DNA from: a virus
Length of the DNA: 64,000 nucleotides
IMG/VR virus record: IMGVR_UViG_3300021185_003122
Location: 1-64,000 of that record
Strand: one strand, 5' to 3'
The translations under genes and the position numbers were made by a program. A model generated the notes under the pieces. It had not been told where the DNA came from. It worked only from the letters and a program-made list of their open reading frames with translations, and made no database searches. Shown here piece after piece: positions 57,356 to 64,000 of the stretch (within the stretch, counting starts at the first letter, position 1; the number at the start of each line of letters is the position of its first letter).

Positions 57356-57780
57356 TGTACTAACAGTAGTAAGACTGCTGCAGCACCAACTGTAGTTCCT
57401 ATTTTATAGAGTTTTTTGGCACGAGCTTCCTTTTTTAATTGTATTTGTAATTGTTCAGATAACTCAGAACTAGTACCCAGCTGTAGATCTTTTTGATCAA
57501 TAATACTCTGGTAATTTAAGACTTGACTTTCAAGATTAGTAACTAATTGAGACTGTGTTTCAAGTTTATTGTTAGTTTCTACTAACAATTCATTTAATGT
57601 TTTAACCTCTAATTTTAAACCGTCACCTGTAATAAGATCTTTTACTACTAACTTAGCTATAGGTTTAGTTAATTGTATCGTTGTACTGTCCGTAACGTTT
57701 TGTGAAGTAGCGTTCCAGCTCATCATCAGTAAGGTCATTAACAGCATCAAGTTTCTTATTTGTTTCTTTTTTGATAACAT
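57352..57780 (-). CDS. Putative spanin-like protein
   Basis: Signal peptide, coiled coil, C-terminal hydrophobic tail; overlaps upstream gene next to endolysin. Confidence 0.45.
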   Translation of the reverse strand: MLSKKKQIRNLMLLMTLLMMSWNATSQNVTDSTTIQLTKPIAKLVVKDLITGDGLKLEVKTLNELLVETNNKLETQSQLVTNLESQVLNYQSIIDQKDLQLGTSSELSEQLQIQLKKEARAKKLYKIGTTVGAAAVLLLLVQ

Positions 57781-58012
57781 TTATACTATAGTTTAAATTA
57801 CGAATCTTTTTATCATACTCAACTATCTGTATTTCCAGAGAGTCAGCTTGTTTATCTAAAATAGTATTCTTTGAATGTAAAGAATCTACTTTTTTTTCTA
57901 ACATATCTATCTTATCAAGATAGGATTGTACGTCTATATCTTCTTTTTTATTTATAATCCAGAAGATACATAACGTAGTAATACATAAAAGTATAACTGA
58001 TATACGGTTCAT
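57665..58012 (-). CDS. Putative i-spanin (Rz-like)
   Basis: N-terminal TM plus coiled coil, immediately downstream of amidase. Confidence 0.5.
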   Translation of the reverse strand: MNRISVILLCITTLCIFWIINKKEDIDVQSYLDKIDMLEKKVDSLHSKNTILDKQADSLEIQIVEYDKKIRNLNYSINVIKKETNKKLDAVNDLTDDELERYFTKRYGQYNDTIN

Positions 58013-58039
58013 TTCATTAATATACTAAATTTATTTCGA

Positions 58040-58531
58040 TTAAGCAACTAATAGTTGTTTAAATCTCTCCCAATCAAATGCTGAACCTGGATCAGTTTTA
58101 CCTTTGCCTTTTCCTCTAACATGATCTCCACTACAATCAGAATGTCTAACAATATTCTGGATTGATATACTATACTCATCCATCCAGTACTTAACTACTT
58201 CAACAGATGTATTCATTTGTTCTTCAGAATAAGTCCCCTCAGTCTCTATAGCTTTTGAAAAGCTTCCGAAATCATGTGTACCTGGAACTAATAATTCGAA
58301 ACCTAAAAAATGAGAGTTCAATCCTGATAATCCATTCCATTCTGATTTACCTGCATGAAATGCTTTACCAGGTGAACTAACCATCTTTTCGTATGTTCCA
58401 TCAGGTTTAATAAAACCATGTACTGATAATCCTATAGACTTTAAAAAGTCATGGGCATACATTGGTCCGTCATCTAACTTTAGATACTCAGACATTGAGT
58501 GTACTATTACTCCTTTTGGTTTAATTGGCAT
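58040..58531 (-). CDS. Endolysin, N-acetylmuramoyl-L-alanine amidase (Amidase_2)
   Basis: IVHS, SVH..I..DG, AFHAG.S.W, GFEL, IVRHSD, KTDPG..FDW. Confidence 0.9.
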   Translation of the reverse strand: MPIKPKGVIVHSMSEYLKLDDGPMYAHDFLKSIGLSVHGFIKPDGTYEKMVSSPGKAFHAGKSEWNGLSGLNSHFLGFELLVPGTHDFGSFSKAIETEGTYSEEQMNTSVEVVKYWMDEYSISIQNIVRHSDCSGDHVRGKGKGKTDPGSAFDWERFKQLLVA

Positions 58532-58533
58532 AA

Positions 58534-58764
58534 TTATTCTTTTTTACCACCGAAAATTTTACCTGCTTCAGCTATTCCAAATGAACCTAATACAATCCAT
58601 ACAAAAGAGTTGTATATAAATTCGTTGATTACAAGGTCTTTACCTACGTATCCAGTAATCAAATCCACTAAAGCAAATAATACTATAATTACAAATGATG
58701 CGAATCCGACTACTGTCTTTTCGTTAATATCATTTTTATCGTTAAATAAGTCTTTAAAAGCCAT
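58534..58764 (-). CDS. Putative holin
   Basis: Small two-TM protein with basic C-terminus adjacent to endolysin. Confidence 0.55.
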   Translation of the reverse strand: MAFKDLFNDKNDINEKTVVGFASFVIIVLFALVDLITGYVGKDLVINEFIYNSFVWIVLGSFGIAEAGKIFGGKKE

Positions 58765-58769
58765 TATAA

Positions 58770-59096
58770 TTAGTTTTTGTTTTTATTGTAAGCTTGTGTT
58801 CCAAAGAACGCTGCAACAATAGCTGCAACAGAAACAAAATAAGTTGCTGCCATATCACCAAGTATTTGTGATGCTTGATCTAAACCTATTAGATTAGCTA
58901 GCACTACTGCAAATGGATAAAGTAACATACCAAATAAAGCAAACCATGCCATCTTACGTTGAGCATCTCTCATTGCATCTTGGTCATCAAGTTCTTTTCT
59001 CTTGAACTCTAGATACATATCATGTTCTGCCTTTGATACTTTACCGTCTCCGTTAGTATCTGCTGGGTGTAAAGCTTTTTTCTCTTTTTCTTCCAT
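58770..59096 (-). CDS. Holin-like membrane protein with N-terminal EF-hand
   Basis: DTNGDGKVSKAE EF-hand loop plus two TMs; class II motif upstream. Confidence 0.55.
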   Translation of the reverse strand: MEEKEKKALHPADTNGDGKVSKAEHDMYLEFKRKELDDQDAMRDAQRKMAWFALFGMLLYPFAVVLANLIGLDQASQILGDMAATYFVSVAAIVAAFFGTQAYNKNKN

Positions 59097-59108
59097 ATTA
59101 ATAAATAG

Positions 59109-60986
59109 TTAAAAACTTAATCTACCTCCAATCATAAAGTTTACCATAGTAGGAAAATCTTTTATAGTGGCATCGATTACAGTTGTTCCTAATGTTAACC
59201 CAAATCTTTGAGTAAACATATAATTAAAATTTGTTCCTCCTATAACCATTACATCTGTATTCCAAGTTGTATCATAATTAGTTAAACTCTGAGTAATAAA
59301 TGGAGATGATACAGCTACCATAGGACTAATAGTTAATCTATCATTGTATTTAAAAGACTTAGTAGCAAAACCAGTTAATGAACCAGCAAGCACTATGTCA
59401 TCATAGTATATGTATCCTTCTCTTACATCAAGTTCTACAGATGTTATAGTAGTTCCTAATGCAAATCCACCTACTAGACCTTTCTTACCTAAAAATACTA
59501 GTGAATGGTTCATAGTACCCATATAGGATGTAAACATTTTCATCCCTCCTACAGCGGCTGAATATACTCTGTTAACTCTTCCTTCATCATTTACATGAAC
59601 TCTAGAATAATTAAGGTTTAACATAAACTGTTCTAAATTGTCATACACCATTAAGTTAGCACCAAATGTTTCAGTACCTAGCAAAGTAGTCTGGCTTATG
59701 CCGAACATTGTAGCATAGGAATATTTTCCGTCAACTCCTTGTTGAGATAGTACGTTAGCGGCAAGGACTGGAGGAGCAAAAGCTCTTTTTTTCTTTTCAT
59801 CCTCATCATCTTCCTCTTCGTCTTCGTTTGAAGTTTCTTCTTCTTCGCTTTCTTCCTCATCATCCTCAGATTCTTCTTCGTCAGACTCCTCTTCATCTGA
59901 TTCTTCTTCACTGTCCTCTTCTGACTCCTCGTCTGATTCTGATTCTTCTTCTGACTCTTCTTCTGATTGTTCTTCATCTGATTCTTCGTTTTCTGATTCT
60001 TCTTCGGTTGACTCTTCTTCAGTGGATTCCTCCTCTGTAGATTCTTCTTCTGTAGTTTCATCTGATTCAGATTCACTTTCACTTTCAGTTTCTGATTCAG
60101 ATTCACTTTCAGTACTATCATCAGATTCACTCTCTGTAGATTCACTTTCACTTTCTGATGATTCTGATTCTGTGCTTTCACTTTCGGTACTTTCTGATTC
60201 AGTAGATTCAGTTTCAGTTGATTCTGTTTCTGTTGATTCAGTTTCAGTACTCTCTGTAGACTCGGTACTTTCTACTTCTGTAGATTCTGATGAACTTTCT
60301 TGAGACGTTTCTTGCGAGCTTTCTCCGCCAGATGACGTTTCGGATGAAGAAGCTTCTGTAGACGTTTCTGTACTTTGCGTTTCTGTTGAAGCAGTTCCTT
60401 CAGTACTAGTTGTGTCTGGTTGCGAACTCCCCTGGCTCGATTCAGTTGTTGTGGGTTGTGATGTAGACGTATCAGGAGTACTCGTGTCTGGTGTTGATGT
60501 AGTTGTATCCGGTACGCTAGTATCAGGAGCCGAAGTCGTAGTATCTGGAACAGTAGTCGTAGGTGCTTCAGTAGTAGCGGGAACGTTAACATTAGTAGAT
60601 GTTGCATCGGGTATAGTATTTGTCGTAGCAGTTTGATTCGCAACGTTAGTAGCATTAGCTGCTGCTTCTGTAGCCTGCTGCGTGGTTTGTTGAGTTTGTT
60701 GAGTTGTATTTACTACAGTACCTCCAGTAGTTGAACATGGACTAAGAGCATTCCACCACAGCCAGGTTTCTTCTAGCCATGCTTGTAATTCACCATTTTG
60801 GAATTCTGCTGCTGTAAATGTACGGGACTTGTTATAGAATGCTACAACAGTCTGTCCATTCATAGGTACACTAAATACAGAGACTGCTCCTGTACACCTA
60901 TCTACATAGGTTTGGATCAGGGCCTGTGAGTAGGCCCGACCCATCCCCATCGCAGTAATTACTATAATTAATAGCAACCTTCTCAT
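59109..60986 (-). CDS. Secreted/outer-membrane beta-barrel protein with long T/S/E-rich linker
   Basis: Signal peptide; ~300-aa low-complexity linker; amphipathic beta strands ending in terminal Phe (GGRLSF). Confidence 0.7.
   Translation of the reverse strand: MRRLLLIIVITAMGMGRAYSQALIQTYVDRCTGAVSVFSVPMNGQTVVAFYNKSRTFTAAEFQNGELQAWLEETWLWWNALSPCSTTGGTVVNTTQQTQQTTQQATEAAANATNVANQTATTNTIPDATSTNVNVPATTEAPTTTVPDTTTSAPDTSVPDTTTSTPDTSTPDTSTSQPTTTESSQGSSQPDTTSTEGTASTETQSTETSTEASSSETSSGGESSQETSQESSSESTEVESTESTESTETESTETESTETESTESESTESESTESESSESESESTESESDDSTESESESETESESESESDETTEEESTEEESTEEESTEEESENEESDEEQSEEESEEESESDEESEEDSEEESDEEESDEEESEDDEEESEEEETSNEDEEEDDEDEKKKRAFAPPVLAANVLSQQGVDGKYSYATMFGISQTTLLGTETFGANLMVYDNLEQFMLNLNYSRVHVNDEGRVNRVYSAAVGGMKMFTSYMGTMNHSLVFLGKKGLVGGFALGTTITSVELDVREGYIYYDDIVLAGSLTGFATKSFKYNDRLTISPMVAVSSPFITQSLTNYDTTWNTDVMVIGGTNFNYMFTQRFGLTLGTTVIDATIKDFPTMVNFMIGGRLSF
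59790..60560 (-). repeat. Low-complexity coding repeats (PDTTTS, TESTE, SESE, STEEE)
   Basis: Degenerate short tandem repeats within 59109..60986. Confidence 0.85.
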
Positions 60987-60991
60987 AACAA

Positions 60992-61705
60992 TTAGTGATC
61001 AAAAATTCCTTTTCGTATCATTCTCTTCACTATCTTTGCGACTGCAGTCTCTAATGCTTTTCGAGTAGATACACCCACTGAGGAGGAATTGAATTTTACT
61101 TCATCTAAATTGTCTGAGTTAGTTAAGGTTAGCTCTCTAGTAGTAATTGCTTTACCTAATCCTGATCCGGTCATATAAAGGCCAGTTTCAGAATCAACTG
61201 CTCTGATTTGTAGTCCTAGTCTGGTAACTAGTTTGTTTTTAATCCCATCTTTAAGATTTATAGTTTCATCTTCTGATACAGAGTAGTCATATACTTCAAC
61301 ATAAATAAAATATTTAGCTAAAGTAATGTTACCTTTGATATCGATATCATTAGCTGTAAATCCTTTTTGGGATGCTTTATATTGAGTCACCATTCTATTC
61401 TTGATTTCATCTCGAGTTTCGACAAATTCGAATCTCCAAGTTTCGTCAAGGAATGCTACAGTAATGTTAGTCAGACCTAAACCTACTCTATTATCCCTTA
61501 ATTCAGGATATTGGTTTAGAACGTCTTCTGTAACTCCAATATTAAGGAGAGCTACTGGTACTGGATCACCATCATATTCTGGTATTGAGTATAACGAGGC
61601 TTGTTTCTCAAAATCCGCCTGATAATCCTCTGTAGTAGTCTTTCCTATTTGTTGTGCCGATATAGAAGTACTAAATAATAGTAGTACTAATAATCTTTTA
61701 ACCAA
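60992..61705 (-). CDS. CsgG/HfaB-family protein (probable TTG start at 61705)
   Basis: Signal peptide KRLLVLLLFSTSISA; GLTNI...TWRFEFVE, LQIRAVDSETG...GSGLG, ALETAV.KIV. Confidence 0.7.
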   Translation of the reverse strand: MVKRLLVLLLFSTSISAQQIGKTTTEDYQADFEKQASLYSIPEYDGDPVPVALLNIGVTEDVLNQYPELRDNRVGLGLTNITVAFLDETWRFEFVETRDEIKNRMVTQYKASQKGFTANDIDIKGNITLAKYFIYVEVYDYSVSEDETINLKDGIKNKLVTRLGLQIRAVDSETGLYMTGSGLGKAITTRELTLTNSDNLDEVKFNSSSVGVSTRKALETAVAKIVKRMIRKGIFDH

Positions 61706-61913
61706 GGGTATCGAAGATGCCCCAAGTTGCGTTGTCAAATGTAGCTGGGTTAGTAACAAGTTCCCATACAATAGTAGAAAATCCTACTAAAAATAGAGAA
61801 GATAGTGTTAAAAACCAGGCTGCAAAAAATAATACTAAACTTTTTCGTGTAAAAGTTGTAGCTTCGAGATATTCTTCTTTTATTAAAGAATAAGGGTTTA
61901 CGTAATTGTTCAT
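61698..61913 (-). CDS. Small membrane protein
   Basis: One long hydrophobic segment. Confidence 0.55.
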   Translation of the reverse strand: MNNYVNPYSLIKEEYLEATTFTRKSLVLFFAAWFLTLSSLFLVGFSTIVWELVTNPATFDNATWGIFDTLG

Positions 61914-61949
61914 AGTTTCAATTTTAATGGTTACAAATTAATTCTTATC

Positions 61950-61983
61950 GGAGCCGATAGTTGCCGCTATCGGTTCCTTTTTT
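61950..61983 (+). terminator. Intrinsic terminator-like hairpin in + orientation
   Basis: GGAGCCGATAG-TTGCCG-CTATCGGTTCC then T6. Confidence 0.55.
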
Positions 61984-61997
61984 CTACTGCGATATAA

Positions 61998-62288
61998 CTA
62001 CCAATCTAAACCTGCCTTCTTCCTTTTTTCGGTTTCAGTAAGTTTAGGTTTGGCTTTAATAAACACCTTCTTTACGACGGTATCTTTCTTTTGTTCCGGA
62101 ATAGTAATATTGATTGTAGGGCCTTCCACATTAACGTTTTGTTCTTGCTTAACCTCTACTGCCGAATCATCACTTTCTACTCCGAAAAACTCTTCTACTT
62201 TATCTGTAAAAACTGTACCTAAAGTTGTAAGTACAATTGCTACACCTGCAGTTATCTGAGCCTTAACGTTTTTTAATAGATTTTTCAT
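61998..62288 (-). CDS. Membrane-anchored hypothetical protein
   Basis: N-terminal hydrophobic helix. Confidence 0.55.
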   Translation of the reverse strand: MKNLLKNVKAQITAGVAIVLTTLGTVFTDKVEEFFGVESDDSAVEVKQEQNVNVEGPTINITIPEQKKDTVVKKVFIKAKPKLTETEKRKKAGLDW

Positions 62289-62290
62289 AT

Positions 62291-62968
62291 TTAATCATCA
62301 CTGACTGGAGTCTCATCTGGAGCACATCCTTCAGCATTTACATTGTTTATTTGAGTTATAGGAGTATCTGGGCATTTATCTAATGCGTTAATAACACCGT
62401 CATAGTCATAATCTGCTACTGCAACTAATTGATCAACTCCTTCACCCACTTCTTGTAAAGAGGCTAAAAGTTCTTCTACTTGTGCTTTAGTAGCTTTAGT
62501 TTTCATTGTAGCTAGTATATCTTGTAGTCCTAATTTAATGTTAGCTATTTGTAAAAAGATACCTGCCCATTGATTACCTTCATCATATAATGTCTGAAGT
62601 CCTTCTAAGGAGCTAACTACTCCGTTCAGGATATCGTCTATTTCAGATAAAAATTCTTCATTAACAAGCATTGCTTCTTCGTAAGCTAACATAGCATCAT
62701 TATACTCTAACATAGCTTCATTATACTCTGCAAGATGAGCATTATACTCCATTACTGCATCGTGATAATTCTGTACTCCCTCAACGATAACTTCTAAATC
62801 CATTACGATTTGTTCCATATCGGAAGTAATTTGAGGAATGTTTAATGCTTCAAACGAATTAACTACTTCTTGTAGCGATTCATTTAATCTAGCAAATCCT
62901 CTTTCCATCGAAGGGTTGGTACACCCTAATAATAATAAAACACTTAGTACTGCGAATACGTTTTTCAT
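62291..62968 (-). CDS. Lipoprotein, coiled coil with C-terminal thrombospondin type-3-like Ca-binding repeat
   Basis: LLGC lipobox; DYDYDGVINALDKCPDTP...NAEGC. Confidence 0.7.
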   Translation of the reverse strand: MKNVFAVLSVLLLLGCTNPSMERGFARLNESLQEVVNSFEALNIPQITSDMEQIVMDLEVIVEGVQNYHDAVMEYNAHLAEYNEAMLEYNDAMLAYEEAMLVNEEFLSEIDDILNGVVSSLEGLQTLYDEGNQWAGIFLQIANIKLGLQDILATMKTKATKAQVEELLASLQEVGEGVDQLVAVADYDYDGVINALDKCPDTPITQINNVNAEGCAPDETPVSDD

Positions 62969-63345
62969 TTTACAAACAATTTAACTGACTGTTTTTCATT
63001 CCCACTTTCATCTAAAAACTTAAATGTATAGTCTCCAGTTTCAAGTACTCTGGTGTATATCGTATAAACGTTATCACCTTCCGTTACCTTTAAGGTATTT
63101 CTACTAACCAATTGTTTAGCTAAGTCTAATATTTCAACTGTGTATGTTCCGTCAACGTCTGTTTTTATATTAAACTTTGCTCCATCATAAACACTATTGT
63201 CATCAAACTGCAAGCCAGTAGTCTCTTCTATTTTTAACTCACTAGCTACCCATTGAGTAACTGTAAAGTCATATTCATCTGGTGCACATGCTAAAAATAA
63301 TGTGAACAAGATTGTATAATACCATTTTTGAAAATTGTAGCTCAT
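62965..63345 (-). CDS. Lipoprotein with Ig-like/T9SS CTD-like domain
   Basis: FLAC lipobox; VEILDL...LV...G.N......LETGDYTF...VKLFVK. Confidence 0.55.
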   Translation of the reverse strand: MSYNFQKWYYTILFTLFLACAPDEYDFTVTQWVASELKIEETTGLQFDDNSVYDGAKFNIKTDVDGTYTVEILDLAKQLVSRNTLKVTEGDNVYTIYTRVLETGDYTFKFLDESGNEKQSVKLFVK

Positions 63346-63348
63346 TTT

Positions 63349-64000
63349 TTATTCTATATTTAATTGTACTCTAACTGCATCCATATCTGAAGCATCAGTA
63401 CTTGTTAATATTATTAATCCTGTAACACCGTTAATCTGTGCGGTCTTACTAAAAGTTACAGTATATGTTGTATCTGACATAGAATCACCTAGAGTATTAA
63501 TTGAACCAAAGTTTACTCTATTTTCAGTTACTTTAGCAAAATTAGTAGTAGTGTTTCCTGAATCAGCTTTTACAGAATCAAAAGATAATCTTGAATCATC
63601 AAAATTTAATCTTATTTGTGCTGCAGATAAATTACTTTCTGGTATTGATATTGTTGCTACTACTTTATCTCCATCTTCTTCTACTATCATAGTACCATTA
63701 ACCAAATCTATTTGAGCTCCTCCTACTCCTGTAAACATATTTACTGTTGATCTACCAGATGGAGAAGATGCAAATGAAATAGATACTGCATCATTTACTA
63801 TACCGTTACTAACACTTGGTGAATGAGAAAGATTTACATCACCTTTCCAAGTACCGTATACTTCAAATGTTTGACCTGAAGAGATATTGCTAAAGTTTAC
63901 ATCTATTTCAGTTAATGATCCGTTATGTGTTATACCATTTGCTTCATATGACTCTGCCGTTGTATTTGTATATGTACTACCGTCTGTAGATCTAAAGAAG
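63349..64000 (-). CDS. Large secreted protein with C-terminal cohesin-like domain (5' part outside window)
   Basis: Frame stays open upstream of ATG 63738 to the window end (WKGDVNLSHS); LSAAQIRLNFDDSRLSFDSV is cohesin-like. Confidence 0.55.
   Translation of the reverse strand, partial: FFRSTDGSTYTNTTAESYEANGITHNGSLTEIDVNFSNISSGQTFEVYGTWKGDVNLSHSPSVSNGIVNDAVSISFASSPSGRSTVNMFTGVGGAQIDLVNGTMIVEEDGDKVVATISIPESNLSAAQIRLNFDDSRLSFDSVKADSGNTTTNFAKVTENRVNFGSINTLGDSMSDTTYTVTFSKTAQINGVTGLIILTSTDASDMDAVRVQLNIE

Noticed and set aside
380-62259. Short + strand or alternative-frame ORFs in the track (e.g. 380..607, 3787..4077, 11739..12056, 12947..13363, 59696..60655, 18803..19027 minus)
   Set aside because: They are shadows of well-supported genes on the other strand or frame, or products of low-complexity repeats.
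1-64000. Stop-codon reassignment (alternative genetic code)
   Set aside because: Genes are full length and tightly packed under the standard code, and TAA, TAG and TGA all end genes.
1-64000. tRNA/rRNA genes, IS elements, diversity-generating retroelement
   Set aside because: No cloverleaf, transposase or reverse transcriptase recognised by eye; a tRNAscan/Infernal run would be needed to exclude small RNAs.

Overview
AT-rich 64-kb segment of a large contractile-tailed (myovirus-type) dsDNA phage, probably infecting Bacteroidota/Flavobacteria (Bacteroidota-like -33/-7 promoters, no Shine-Dalgarno sequences, Bacteroidota-type envelope proteins). Almost all genes are on the minus strand. 1-15 kb: tail fibre and baseplate genes. 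15-17 kb: gp55-like sigma factor and HD hydrolase. 17-42 kb: accessory/early region of small genes, most with their own copy of a conserved promoter, plus ThyA, radical SAM, SET, 2OG-Fe(II) oxygenase, a tandem-Hint protein, DUF932 and a RadA-like ATPase. 43-54.6 kb: sugar-nucleotide/glycosyltransferase island. 54.6-59 kb: nuclease, Nmad1 and lysis genes. 59-64 kb: outer-membrane/cell-surface module. The most striking feature is a 1,079-nt tract (19599-20677) with no G on the + strand. It is a two-gene transcription unit whose mRNA contains no cytosine from the promoter to the terminator hairpin, and both proteins lack exactly the five amino acids (A, P, T, H, Q) whose codons all need C. Function calls come from motif recognition by eye, not database searches; motif counts are manual.
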